Part shown: one piece after another, positions 48,575 through 58,473 of the stretch
Layout: every line of letters begins with the position of its first letter
How positions within the stretch are numbered: the first letter of the stretch is position 1
Translations under genes and position numbers: made by a program
Source: Vicinamibacteria bacterium
GTDB taxonomy: Bacteria > Acidobacteriota > Vicinamibacteria > Marinacidobacterales > Marinacidobacteraceae
Assembly (NCBI GenBank): GCA_963422395.1
Contig: OY729431.1
Coordinates: 2,336,001-2,400,000, forward strand
DNA length: 64,000 bases
Direction: 5' to 3'
Notes under the pieces: generated by a model
The model's database searches: none
The model's input: only the letters and a program-made list of their open reading frames with translations
Told to the model about the DNA's origin: nothing

Positions 48575-49225
48575 TCAGTCGTCCGCAGAGGCGGGGGAAG
48601 ACGGGAGCTCGGAATCCTCGGGAGGGCGATTCCGCATGGCGGATCCACGTCGGCGCCGCACGACGGCACGGTATGCCGACGGTGCGAGGAGGGATCCGCC
48701 CACGGCGATGATGAGAGAAGTCATACCGAGGACACCCTTGTCGGTAACCATCAGGTAGAAGCCTCCGAGGATCGCTGTCAGGCTGAGTGCGAACCCGAAC
48801 CCCTGACCGCGCGAGGCGAAGCGGAGGCTCCCCTCTAACATTCGGCGCTCGGTCCTGATTCGGTGATCCACCTGACGCTCCGCCATTCGGATGATGCGGT
48901 CGGGGGCATCCTTCCGGACTCGACCGTAGGCAGCCAGGTCTTCTGGTCGGGGAATCGGCCCTTCGAATCGAGTTTTCCGTTGAACCACCAACAGATCGGC
49001 TTCCGACCCATCCGCTGGAGGCAGATCTTCACCAGAGCGGCCTACTGCTGGTGATCGAACGAGATTCCCCTTCGGGCCAGTCGAAGCAAGGCCGCCCTTC
49101 GGGGACCGTCGCTCGTTCCGGACATGCCGAGGCCGCGGCGCCTGGCTGTTACGGGACCTACGGAATCCGGTGCGACGGCCCCTCGACGGCAGACCATTCC
49201 GCCATCGCGGTCTCGAGGGCTTCAC
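48575..49225 (-). CDS. DUF2335 domain membrane protein
   Basis: FEGPIPRPEDLAAY...APDRIIRMAE...HR, then two TM; start uncertain. Confidence 0.8.
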   Translation of the reverse strand: MKPSRPRWRNGLPSRGRRTGFRRSRNSQAPRPRHVRNERRSPKGGLASTGPKGNLVRSPAVGRSGEDLPPADGSEADLLVVQRKTRFEGPIPRPEDLAAYGRVRKDAPDRIIRMAERQVDHRIRTERRMLEGSLRFASRGQGFGFALSLTAILGGFYLMVTDKGVLGMTSLIIAVGGSLLAPSAYRAVVRRRRGSAMRNRPPEDSELPSSPASADD

Positions 49226-49859
49226 CTACCGCTCTCCAATCCGAAGCAAGCGCCTCCGCATCCGCCTGGTAGCCGTTTCCTTCAGAACGCAGATCGGACA
49301 GTCCTTCTTCGAAATCCACCGGGTGGGAGAGGCCCATCAGGGATGCACCCATGGGGTAATCCAAGCGGAGCCACTCCAGGCGGCGCGCCATTTCTTTTCC
49401 GGGCCCCTCAGAGGGGCCCACACCCCGCAGGACGCTGTTCCTCCCCATCTCGGGATATTTGGCGTAGATACCGCGCAGAATCTCGCGCACGGAACGCTCG
49501 CGCAGCCAACGGCTGCACTCGGCGATGAACCGGGCCGTCGCTTCCCCGGTCGAGCGGAGTGCGGCGAGCCCCTCGGTTCTTCCGGAGCGAGTCAATCGGT
49601 ATTGCTCTCCGCCGCGCCCGGTCTCGTCAGCTGCCTTGATTCGGACTCTCCCGGCCGCCGCGAGCCGGTCCAGCTCCTGCTGAACCGCCCGGTCGAACGG
49701 CCCCGAGATGTGAGGGACGAAGCGGAAATACGGACCGCCCAGTTTCTGTGAGACCGCCCGATCCAAAAGAAACAGGAGTTTCTGCACCCGAAACGGGTCC
49801 AGGGAGGCTCCCTCTCCTCCCGCAGCCAGAGCGGCCAGCACGAAATCGCCGCGAGTCAT
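49158..49859 (-). CDS. SocA/Panacea(DUF4065)-like protein fused to a small helical domain
   Basis: VQKLLFLL...F.....GPFD..V...LD.L and IYAKYP; C-terminal DAEALASDWRAVG module from M at 49391. Confidence 0.6.
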   Translation of the reverse strand: MTRGDFVLAALAAGGEGASLDPFRVQKLLFLLDRAVSQKLGGPYFRFVPHISGPFDRAVQQELDRLAAAGRVRIKAADETGRGGEQYRLTRSGRTEGLAALRSTGEATARFIAECSRWLRERSVREILRGIYAKYPEMGRNSVLRGVGPSEGPGKEMARRLEWLRLDYPMGASLMGLSHPVDFEEGLSDLRSEGNGYQADAEALASDWRAVGEALETAMAEWSAVEGPSHRIP

Positions 49860-49910
49860 GATCAGTTAGCGAGTTTAGCAACCCTGGGCCAGGGTGTATC
49901 GCAGGCGACC

Positions 49911-50103
49911 TCAGCCGAACGACCGTTCGAAACGGCCCGACGCTTCAGTTCCAAGACACCAGGTCGGTGACGCGGCGAACGGCCAACCGGGCCATAGAGA
50001 GTGTCTTCGATGAGGGCGCTCGCATCGACATCCGAGCGTAGCCTCCGGCAGAATCCGCGCGGGACCCTGCGGCTCTACCGGGTGGCAGCACAGCGGGCGA
50101 TGA
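49911..50103. repeat. Direct repeat B with truncated, frameshifted fitA copy
   Basis: MARLAVRRVTDLV then frameshift; includes the true 3' end of the DUF5107 gene. Confidence 0.85.
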
Positions 50104-53035
50104 AGTGCTCCTGTTCTTCGTCCGTCGGCGCGTTCGCCGCGCAGTCGGCCAGGGTAGCGGCGGCCTCCGCTGGGCGGCCGAGCGCGGCGAGTGCCTCGGC
50201 GCGGAACCAGAGAGCGCGCGCCTCGCTCGGGCGGTGCGGCCTCCCGACTCCCAGATTCTCCGGATAGGTCAGCGCCCGATCGAAGTGGACGAGGGCCGCT
50301 TCGGCACTGCCCCCGGCGAGCGCTCTTCGTCCGAGCTCCACCTGCGCTCGCGAGAAGAGACGCCACACGGTCTGGTCGCCCTCCCGGAAGGCGACCTCGG
50401 TCCCATCCAGCAGGGCGGCGGTCTCGGCGAAGCGGCCGGTGGCGGAAAGTGCCCGCGCCAGCTCGATCGTCACATCGTGGCGGCGCCGCACTCCGGAAGC
50501 CGGGCTCGCCGCCGGAACCTGCAGCAGCGCTTCCACGGCCTCGGCGGGGCGCCCCTGTTCGAGCAGCAGCCGGGCGAGGTCGCGGAGAAGGGTCTGGTCC
50601 TCGGGGCGCGCCGCTACCGCCTGCCGCAAGCGGGACTCGGCTGCGGCCTTGCGCCCCTCGATCTTCCAGTGGAACATCGCCAGCGCCCGGTGCGCGGTGG
50701 AGAGCCCGGGTTCGAGCGCGGCCGCCGCCTCCCAGGGCGCCGCCGCCTCCTCGAACCGGCCGAGACCGCCGAGCAGGTGGCCGAGGAGCAGCCTCGGCGC
50801 CGCCGAGGCCGGGAGCTGCTCCACTGCCGCCGAAAGCACCGGGAGGGTCTCGGGCCGCGAGGGAAAGGCGTAGTCGAGCGGTGCCGCGAGCGCCGCTTCC
50901 CGATAGCGCTCCGCCCGCTCGCCGGCAGCCCAACCGGCAGCGTGGAACCAGAGCACCGGGCCCGGCGCGAACCCCGCTTCCCGAAGCCCTTCGAAAACCT
51001 CGAGCGCCAGGTCGGGGAGCCCGAGTTCGGCGAGCGTCGAAAGCAGCTCGGTGAAAGCGAACTCCGGCTCGCCGGCGAGCGCGCGCATCGCCTGCGCTGC
51101 ATCCCGCCGTTCCGCTTCGCCTTCGGCGAGGTGGAGGCGGACCGCCCAGGGCACCAGCTCCACCGTGCCGCGGGCGATCTCCCGATCGGCGAGCTCGCCT
51201 GCGGTCCGGGGGTCCCCGGCGGCCAGCCAGGCGAGCGGCAGGAGCGCCGGACTCCCGCGGCGGAAGGCGGGGATCGCCGCCTCCGGATCTCCCTGCCGCA
51301 TCCGCACTCGGCCCACCAGCCGCCAGGCCGGCTCCCGGACTCCGGCGAGCTTCGTCGCCCGGAAGGCGGAGTCGAGGGCGCCCCGATCGTCGCCGAGCTC
51401 GAACCGGGCGACCCCGTGAAGGAAGCGGGCGATGCCGTTCTCGGGAGCGGCCGCCGCCACTCGGGCCAGCCTCCGGGAAGCCGGTTCGTGGCGCCCGGCC
51501 TTCAGATCCAGCAACGAGAGACCGATCGCCGCCCCGACATGATCCGGCGCCAGCGCGAGCGCCTGCCGGTAACGGCGGCGCGCCTCGGCCCGGTCGAGAT
51601 CCTTGGCAGCGCGCTCGCCGCGCTGAAACGCCGCCTCCGCAGTCGCCGGCTCGGCTTCGTCGGCAAGCGGCGGCGGCTCCCGGGCGGGGACTTCGAGCGG
51701 GGAGCGGTAGCCGAGCACGAGGCGCTCCCCACCGTCCTTCCTGCCCTCCACCGAGACCTCCACCTGCAGGGCAGCGTCCGGATCGCCCGGCCACTCGACC
51801 GAGGCTGGCGCCTCCGGAGTCAGATCGAGCGAGACGGCGTGCTCGACGCCCCCGCCGGCGAGCCGTATCCGCGCTCCCGCGAGCGCTTCGGCGGCGAGGA
51901 ACAGAAACCGCGTCCCCGCTTCGGAAGAGACCCGCTCGACGACCAGTTCCGGGGTGGCGTATTCGAAACCCTCGCCCAGCCCGAACACCGGAGTCCACTG
52001 CTCCCGCCAGGCGACCGTCTGCCCGGGGTGGAGCCAGGCGTAGTCCGACTGGGTGGGGAGCGGACCGCTCTGGACCTCGATGTAGGGGCCGTCCTCGTCG
52101 GTCAGCGCCCGCTGGCTCATCATCCCGTCGTCCCCCTGCCCCCAGGTCCATCCCTTCTTGCCCGGCAGTTCGCGATGGTCGGCGGTCTGGACGATCCCCC
52201 GGTCGGTTCCCGCGTCGTAGGCGCCGAAGAAGTCGTGGACCGCCCGGTAAGCGAAGAGGGAAGTCGGTTCGGGATAGCTGGTGAGACGAGTCCGGTCCAC
52301 CCCGTCCTCCTCCGGGAAACGGTAGAAGGTGGTTCCGAAGTGGTCGCTGGCGAGCGACATCGGATAGACGAAGCGGGTGCCGTCCCGCTGCGGAAACGCG
52401 GTGTTGTTCCAGAAGTAATAGGGATGCGGCAGGTCGGTCGGATTGAAGATGCGGATCTCCTCGTCGAGGCGCGCGGTTCCCGGCCGCAGCGTCAACCGGA
52501 CTTCCCAGCCGGTGCGGAATGTCTGTTCCACTTCGCCGATGACCAGCGTCGCCGAGCCGTCGGGGTTTTCGACTCCCGCCACATTCACCGGGGAGAAGCT
52601 CGTGACCGTGTGCCCCTGCGGCCCCCGGTTCCATTCGATCCCGCCGGAGACCCAGGCGCCCCGGAGGGCGATGAGACCAGGGCGGATCACCCGGTTGTCG
52701 TAGAACATCTGCTCGTTCCGGCGCTTGTCGAGCACCCACTGGATGCGTCCGCCGATCTCCGGCAGGCAAGCGAGCTTCAGGTATTCGTTCTCGAGGAAGA
52801 AGGCCCGCCAGGCTCGGTCGGCACGCTCGCTCCCGAGGTTGTCCTGCATCGAGTAGGGATAGACGATGGAATCGTCGGTCTCCCGGAACTGCGGATTCGG
52901 ATCGTCGGGCAGCAGCGCATAGGTCGGCAGGACGAGCTCGCCTTCCCACACCTGTACCGTCTGGGCGGCGAGAACGCGCGGAAAGAGCGCCGCGGCGGCG
53001 ACGGCGGCGAGAACGGCGGTTCGGAGTTTCGGCAC
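50075..53035 (-). CDS. DUF5107 domain plus TPR repeat protein (secreted)
   Basis: LENEYLKL..LPEIGGRI, GAWVSGGIEWN, PGKKGWTWG, YIEVQSG; C-terminal TPRs. Confidence 0.88.
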   Translation of the reverse strand: MPKLRTAVLAAVAAAALFPRVLAAQTVQVWEGELVLPTYALLPDDPNPQFRETDDSIVYPYSMQDNLGSERADRAWRAFFLENEYLKLACLPEIGGRIQWVLDKRRNEQMFYDNRVIRPGLIALRGAWVSGGIEWNRGPQGHTVTSFSPVNVAGVENPDGSATLVIGEVEQTFRTGWEVRLTLRPGTARLDEEIRIFNPTDLPHPYYFWNNTAFPQRDGTRFVYPMSLASDHFGTTFYRFPEEDGVDRTRLTSYPEPTSLFAYRAVHDFFGAYDAGTDRGIVQTADHRELPGKKGWTWGQGDDGMMSQRALTDEDGPYIEVQSGPLPTQSDYAWLHPGQTVAWREQWTPVFGLGEGFEYATPELVVERVSSEAGTRFLFLAAEALAGARIRLAGGGVEHAVSLDLTPEAPASVEWPGDPDAALQVEVSVEGRKDGGERLVLGYRSPLEVPAREPPPLADEAEPATAEAAFQRGERAAKDLDRAEARRRYRQALALAPDHVGAAIGLSLLDLKAGRHEPASRRLARVAAAAPENGIARFLHGVARFELGDDRGALDSAFRATKLAGVREPAWRLVGRVRMRQGDPEAAIPAFRRGSPALLPLAWLAAGDPRTAGELADREIARGTVELVPWAVRLHLAEGEAERRDAAQAMRALAGEPEFAFTELLSTLAELGLPDLALEVFEGLREAGFAPGPVLWFHAAGWAAGERAERYREAALAAPLDYAFPSRPETLPVLSAAVEQLPASAAPRLLLGHLLGGLGRFEEAAAPWEAAAALEPGLSTAHRALAMFHWKIEGRKAAAESRLRQAVAARPEDQTLLRDLARLLLEQGRPAEAVEALLQVPAASPASGVRRRHDVTIELARALSATGRFAETAALLDGTEVAFREGDQTVWRLFSRAQVELGRRALAGGSAEAALVHFDRALTYPENLGVGRPHRPSEARALWFRAEALAALGRPAEAAATLADCAANAPTDEEQEHFIARCAATR

Positions 53036-53124
53036 GGGCGATTTCCTCGGGGGCGGTTCGAAGAGGCTGCGAGGCGCTCCCGCTACGGAGCGGAAGCTAC
53101 GAGGGAGGATGCTATGGAAGGTGG

Positions 53125-53841
53125 CTACGGCGGAAGGAGGCGGAGGGGGCGGAACGCCTCCAGGACATGGAAGCTCGGGCTGCCGGTGGGCGACCAGGCG
53201 GCGAACACCGCGCCCTCAGCGGGAGCCTCCGGCCCTCCGGGACGCTCGATCCGGAAGATGTTGAACGGGATCTGGCGCTCGCCCGCCTCACGGACCGGCG
53301 GCGGCCCGGCGAGGCCGAGCCCCTCCCAGGGGAGGAACAGGGTCCCGATCCAGCCGTCCTCCGAGGCGGCGACCGCGCTGCGCAAGCCGGCGACCGAGAA
53401 ACCGCGGTCCATCAGCCCCACCGCGTCGGACGCCGTCTCGCCCGGAGCCAGGCGCCTGAGGTCGGTGACCACATCGGCCGGGTTCAGCTCGACTTCGATA
53501 TAGCGGCCGTCACCTTCGGGGTCGAGGAAGATCTCGACGACTTCCTCCTCCCAGAGCGGGTCGCCGCGCCGGGTCATGGTGAACCAGGGTGCGTCGTCCT
53601 CGACATCGAACCGCAGGTGGAGGCCCGCTTCGCTCCAGAGCGCCCGGAAACGGGTGCGGTAGGGGGAAGCTCCCCATGAGGCGACCGCCGGTTCCTGCCA
53701 CTCCGGCGACTCGGGGGAGAGCAGGGATTCCGGAGCGGCAGCGGTATGGAGACTCGGATAGGAGGCGGGGGGAGCGGGCACAGCGGCGGCAGCGACAGCA
53801 GCAACAATGGCAGCGAGCGTCGAGAGCAGTAAAAAAAGCAC
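53125..53841 (-). CDS. Carbohydrate-binding family 9-like protein
   Basis: FRALWS..GLHLRF, LWEEEVVEIFLDP, AWSPT...FH. Confidence 0.8.
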   Translation of the reverse strand: MLFLLLSTLAAIVAAVAAAAVPAPPASYPSLHTAAAPESLLSPESPEWQEPAVASWGASPYRTRFRALWSEAGLHLRFDVEDDAPWFTMTRRGDPLWEEEVVEIFLDPEGDGRYIEVELNPADVVTDLRRLAPGETASDAVGLMDRGFSVAGLRSAVAASEDGWIGTLFLPWEGLGLAGPPPVREAGERQIPFNIFRIERPGGPEAPAEGAVFAAWSPTGSPSFHVLEAFRPLRLLPP

Positions 53842-53984
53842 CGGAAACCACCCCCCGAAGAGGCGAGGATACGAAAACCACCGAAACGACCGGCGCTCGC
53901 CCTATGATCGGCTCTTCCGGTTCGGGGCAGGCAGGCAGGCAGGGCCGGCAGGCGCCCGGGCAGCACCGAAGAGGAGACCCACCG

Positions 53985-55712
53985 ATGAGCAGCAGGAAAC
54001 GACGGATCGCAGCGGTCGGACTCGCGGCGGCGCTCGGGCTTTCCTGGTTCGTGTTTTCCGGTTCCGCCCGCAGCCCCGGGGGAACAGCCGCAGGCGCTGG
54101 AATGAGCGTCCACGGCATGGTGGTGACCTCCCACCCGCTCGCTGCCCAGGCCGGGCTCTCCATGTTGCAGGCCGGCGGAAACGCCTTCGACGCCGGCGTC
54201 GCCGCCGCCGCGGTGCTGGCGGTGGTCGAACCCCTGATGTCGGGTCTCGGCGGGGTCGGCGGGTACGCGCTGATCCACGATTCCGGGACGGGCGTCGTCC
54301 GTTCGCTGGACTTCATCGGCGCCGCGCCGGCGGCGGCAGAGCCTTCGGCGTTCACCCGCGGCAGCCGGCTCTGGGATCGGACCCATCCGGCGCGCGACAG
54401 CTTCCTCGCCCCGCTCGTTCCCGGGAACCTGGCCGGCTGGGCGGCGCTGCTCGAAGAATACGGCTCGATGGGCTGGCCGGAGGTGCTCGCCCCGGCGATC
54501 CGCTACGCCGACGAAGGATTCGCGGTGACGCCGGCGGTCAGCCGGCCCTTCGGCACCAGCGGATTCGGCGCCGAAGTGGCCCGCTACCCCTACGGCGCGG
54601 GCATCTTCTTCAAGGGCGGCAAACCGTGGCCGGTGGGCGAGATATTGCGCCAGCCCGATCTGGCGGCGACTCTCCGGGCCATCGCCGAATCCGGGCCCGA
54701 GGTCTTCTACGGCGGACCGCTCGCGGAGACGGTCGCCGAGTTCTTCCAGCGAAACGGCGGCATCCTCACCGTGGCGGACCTCGCGAACTACCGGGCGCGA
54801 TGGGGCGAGCCGCTCTCGACCAACTACCGCGGGTACCAGGTGTACAGCCAACCTCCCGGCGGCTCGGGCATGACGGTGTTGCAGGCGCTCAACATCCTCG
54901 AGCATTTCGACTTCGCGGCGTTCGAACACAACGCGGAGGAGTTCGTCCATCTGGTGGCCGAGGCGCTGAAGCTCGCCTTCGTGGACGAAGACACTTTCAA
55001 CACCGGAAAGGACTACGCCGAGATTCCGCTCGACCGACTGCTCTCCGAGGAGTACGCCGCCGAACAGGCAACCCGCCTGGACCGGGCGCGGGCGCGCTTC
55101 CACGATCCGGTGCGCCGGAGCGAACCGGCGGCGACTTCCGTCGAGCACACCACCCATCACACCGTGGTGGACCGAGACCACAATGTGGTGACGATCACCC
55201 AGACACTCATGCTGCCCGCCGGCGTGGTGGTTCCCGCGACCGGCGTCATCTTCAACAACGGCATGTCCTATTTCAGTCTCGACGCCGAGGATGTGAACCG
55301 CATCGAAGGCGGCCAGCGTCCGCGATTCGTGATGAGCCCGACGATCGTGACCCGCGGCGGCAAGCCCTACTTCGCGCTCGGGTCCGCCGGCGGCTGGACG
55401 ATTCCGCAGACCATCCTGCAGGTGCTGGTCCGGGCGCTCGACTACGGAATGGACGCGGCGGAAGCGGTGGACGCGCCGCGGTTCGCGGTCCGCTACCTGG
55501 GCAACTCGATCCCTTACCTCCCGGGGACCGACCTCGTGCTCGAGAAGGACTTTCCGGAGGAAGTGCGCGAGGCGCTCCGGGCACGCGGCCACCGCCTCCG
55601 TGAACCGGCGAGCCGGATCGGAATGCTCAACGCCATCAAGATATACCCCCGGTCCGGGGTGCTTTCCGGAGGGCCGGACCAGCGCCGCGAGGGCCACGCC
55701 GCCGGCTGGTGA
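53985..55712 (+). CDS. ggt: Gamma-glutamyltransferase family protein (second, divergent)
   Basis: GAGGAG RBS; GGNAFDA; H|TTHHTVVD; GSAGG; DQRREG. Confidence 0.9.
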   Translation: MSSRKRRIAAVGLAAALGLSWFVFSGSARSPGGTAAGAGMSVHGMVVTSHPLAAQAGLSMLQAGGNAFDAGVAAAAVLAVVEPLMSGLGGVGGYALIHDSGTGVVRSLDFIGAAPAAAEPSAFTRGSRLWDRTHPARDSFLAPLVPGNLAGWAALLEEYGSMGWPEVLAPAIRYADEGFAVTPAVSRPFGTSGFGAEVARYPYGAGIFFKGGKPWPVGEILRQPDLAATLRAIAESGPEVFYGGPLAETVAEFFQRNGGILTVADLANYRARWGEPLSTNYRGYQVYSQPPGGSGMTVLQALNILEHFDFAAFEHNAEEFVHLVAEALKLAFVDEDTFNTGKDYAEIPLDRLLSEEYAAEQATRLDRARARFHDPVRRSEPAATSVEHTTHHTVVDRDHNVVTITQTLMLPAGVVVPATGVIFNNGMSYFSLDAEDVNRIEGGQRPRFVMSPTIVTRGGKPYFALGSAGGWTIPQTILQVLVRALDYGMDAAEAVDAPRFAVRYLGNSIPYLPGTDLVLEKDFPEEVREALRARGHRLREPASRIGMLNAIKIYPRSGVLSGGPDQRREGHAAGW

Positions 55713-55717
55713 GAACC

Positions 55718-55975
55718 GAAATCATGGAGTTATCGGCGTGATGCCCAAGCGTTTCGTATTCCCGACTCCGGCACACGAAGCGTGGCTGCCCGCACCCGAG
55801 AGAGCTCCGCTGCCGGCGATGGGAAGGATTCTCCGCCTTGCTCGGCAGAGCTGGCCTGCTCGCCGTGCTGGAACGCGACACCCTCAGAATCACCGCTCCC
55901 CGACTGATGGAGCGCGTTTCTGCGTCCGTCCTCCCGGCACTCAGTCCTCGCCGGCGAGACACGCCTCGCCGGATG
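55718..55975 (+). pseudogene. Collapsed relic of an ADOP/MacB-type ABC permease
   Basis: VIGVMPKRFVFP...AWLP internal motif followed closely by ASVLPALSPRRRD (C-terminal motif). Confidence 0.45.
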
Positions 55976-55976
55976 A

Positions 55977-57953
55977 TCAGCGGATCAGGAAGGACAGTTC
56001 CCCCACCGCCGTCCGGTCGCGGCGGTCGTCGGTGACCCGGATCACCGCGGTATAGCGTCCGGCGCGCAGCGCGCCCGTCTGCAGCGACAGCAGCAGCGGC
56101 GTGCCTTGCGGGCGCCCCGGATCGAGTTCGAAGACCCCTGGGCGTTCGGCCTCGACCGCGATTTCGCCGGCCTCGTTTCGGATCTCGTAGGCGATCCGCA
56201 CCCGCGAGGCCGGAGCATCCCGTCCGGCACTCCGTCCGGGGAAGACCGAGAAGGCGACCCGCGCTTCCTCGGCGCGGGCAAAGGCGGCCACCGGCCGCAC
56301 CGGAGGTCCGACCGCCTCGGGCGCGTGCGCTTCGGCGACGAACGGGAAGACGCTCGAGAGCGAAAACGACTCCCCGAGCCCTTCGGGAACGACCAGCGCC
56401 GAAGAACCGACCTGTACCGGCTCGCCTCCCCGCTCGAAGACCACCTCGAGCCGGTGCTCTCCGACGGGCAGCTCGGCGGGCGTGGACAGCCAGAAGCGCC
56501 GGTCGTCCACGGTGGACTCCGCCTCCGCGAGCAGCGTTCCGTCCGCCGCTGTAACCCACAGGCGAAGCGCGGCCGGGCCCTCCGCATACGCCTCCGGGAG
56601 GGCCGCGGCGAGCACGGTGAGAACGCCGCCCGGACTCGGGTGCAGCAGATAGGCGTAGGTGTGCAAGTTGTCGGGGAAGGCGTAGCCGTAGTCGCCCCGG
56701 GCCGCCGCTTCGAGAGCCTCGCCGCGCCGCTCGCGGGCGAAATACCCAGGTCGGGCGATCACCCGCAGCTCGGGCCGGTGGCGCACCCGCACCGCCAGGT
56801 TCCGGTACTCGCCGTCGAGCTCGCTCTCCGAAGGGGAGAAGGAGAGCAGGTAGTAGAGCTCGTTCTGGATCCCGATCCGGTTGAGCGCCACCGCGAAGTT
56901 CGTCTGGTTCGGGAAGTGGCTCCCGCCGGTGGCGACCGCCAGCGAGGCGGTGCCTCCCTCCGCCGGAATATCGGCGGCGGTCTGCATCCGCGTCAGCGGG
57001 TGGTCGTTCGGCTCCACCGGCAGCGGATTCCCCAGCACATCGAAGGCATTGAGGCTGGGCCTGAGGATGCGGTTCTCGTTGCCGTACACCCCGGCGAGGT
57101 CCACCGAGTAGAGGGTGGCGTTCGCGTGGTTCAGCTGGCGGATCGCATCCCGGAGGGTGTGCGTCTCATCGAAGGCGCGGCGCCCGGGAAATTCGTCCAC
57201 CTCGTCGCCGGCGATCTCTCCGACCACTTGCCGCGGGTCGGCGAAGGTCTGGAGATCCACCGAGAGGAACACCACGATCTTGCGGCCCTCCACCGATTCG
57301 AGCGCTTCGGCGAGCCCGTAGAGCATCCGGAAGGAATCACGGGCGTCCATTTCGGGGCCGACGGGGCTTTCGTAGGTGCCCGGCACGATCCGCCGGACAT
57401 TGGCGAGCGTCTGCTGTTTGCCGGGCCAGAACTCCTGCAGGACGCGCAGCGAGGCGGCGAACTCCAGGATCATCGTCTCGTCGCCGTCCACCATGTTCTG
57501 GCTCACGAACTCCTCGAGCCCGCGCTTGGCGCGCCGGAGGTTCACCGGGTCGGCGCGCCGCCGGTTGAAGACGATCACGAAGCGGCGGGGCGAGACATTG
57601 CCGGCAGCAGCCGCCGGATCCGCTGCCGGGACCCCGGCCTCCTCCTCGGTCGGGGCGGCGCCTTCGAGCCCGTAGCGCTCCCAGTCCACCACCTCGAGAC
57701 TCAGGACCTGCTGCGGCTGCCTGTCCTCGAACAGCTCGAAGTCGGCGGCGGTGAGTCCGGGCATCGGATTCCCGTCCTCGTCGAGAACGAGCACATCCAC
57801 GAGAACCCGGGTCGCGGCGGCGCGAAACCGGAACGACTGGCCCGCTGCCGCCGCCAGGCCCGCGAAGGAGACCGCGAGGCCCGCGAGCGCGAGCCGGCGC
57901 CAAGAGGGCGAAAGCCGGCAGCAGAGGCGGAAGAAACGGATTTTCCGGCGCAT
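55977..57953 (-). CDS. Acidobacterial-type VWA domain protein
   Basis: VLVDVLVLD.DGNP..GLTAADFELFED; GRKIVVFLS; LAVATGG; YYLLSFSP...DGEYR; RPGYF. Confidence 0.85.
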   Translation of the reverse strand: MRRKIRFFRLCCRLSPSWRRLALAGLAVSFAGLAAAAGQSFRFRAAATRVLVDVLVLDEDGNPMPGLTAADFELFEDRQPQQVLSLEVVDWERYGLEGAAPTEEEAGVPAADPAAAAGNVSPRRFVIVFNRRRADPVNLRRAKRGLEEFVSQNMVDGDETMILEFAASLRVLQEFWPGKQQTLANVRRIVPGTYESPVGPEMDARDSFRMLYGLAEALESVEGRKIVVFLSVDLQTFADPRQVVGEIAGDEVDEFPGRRAFDETHTLRDAIRQLNHANATLYSVDLAGVYGNENRILRPSLNAFDVLGNPLPVEPNDHPLTRMQTAADIPAEGGTASLAVATGGSHFPNQTNFAVALNRIGIQNELYYLLSFSPSESELDGEYRNLAVRVRHRPELRVIARPGYFARERRGEALEAAARGDYGYAFPDNLHTYAYLLHPSPGGVLTVLAAALPEAYAEGPAALRLWVTAADGTLLAEAESTVDDRRFWLSTPAELPVGEHRLEVVFERGGEPVQVGSSALVVPEGLGESFSLSSVFPFVAEAHAPEAVGPPVRPVAAFARAEEARVAFSVFPGRSAGRDAPASRVRIAYEIRNEAGEIAVEAERPGVFELDPGRPQGTPLLLSLQTGALRAGRYTAVIRVTDDRRDRTAVGELSFLIR

Positions 57954-58040
57954 GATGCGATCCCTGTGGTTCGATCCCCGATCCGAGCGGCAGCAAGTCC
58001 CGTTCCGAGCGCGCCAACCGATCGGCGGAGCCCCCTCCTG

Positions 58041-58445
58041 TTACAGGAGGCCGAGGCGGAGTTTCGCGGCGTCGGTCATGCGGTCCGGATTCCAGGGAGG
58101 ATCCCAAACGACATCCACCCGGACCGACGAGACCCCGGCGACGCGGCCGATCTTCTGTTCGACCTCGGGAGGCAGCGTCCCCGCCACCGGGCACGCCGGC
58201 GAAGTGAGGGTCATGTCCACCTCGACGCTGCCGGCGTCGTCCACCTCCACCCGGTACACCAACCCGAGGTCGTAGATGTCCACCGGGATCTCGGGGTCGT
58301 AGCAGGTCTTCAGCGCGTCCACCACCCGCTCCCGGACCTGCTCCGGGGCCGGGTTCTCGGCTTCGAGTCCGGAAGCTGCAGGTTCGGCGCCGGTGGGGCT
58401 GGCCTCGGCGGGTTGGGCCTCGGCGGGGTCGGGTTCTTCGGTCAT
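58041..58445 (-). CDS. sufT: SUF Fe-S assembly protein, DUF59/MIP18 (SufT-like)
   Basis: DPEIPVDIYDLGL, MTLTSPACP. Confidence 0.88.
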   Translation of the reverse strand: MTEEPDPAEAQPAEASPTGAEPAASGLEAENPAPEQVRERVVDALKTCYDPEIPVDIYDLGLVYRVEVDDAGSVEVDMTLTSPACPVAGTLPPEVEQKIGRVAGVSSVRVDVVWDPPWNPDRMTDAAKLRLGLL

Positions 58446-58473
58446 CGTCGTCTCCTCGAGGCCGTTCCCTCGA

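Noticed and set aside
50105-53503. Very long antisense or alternate-frame ORFs (e.g. 1132 aa here; also 6499..8679, 15961..18177, 56106..58700)
   Set aside because: Shadow ORFs typical of high-GC DNA overlapping well-supported genes; Arg/Gly/Pro-rich with no recognisable motifs
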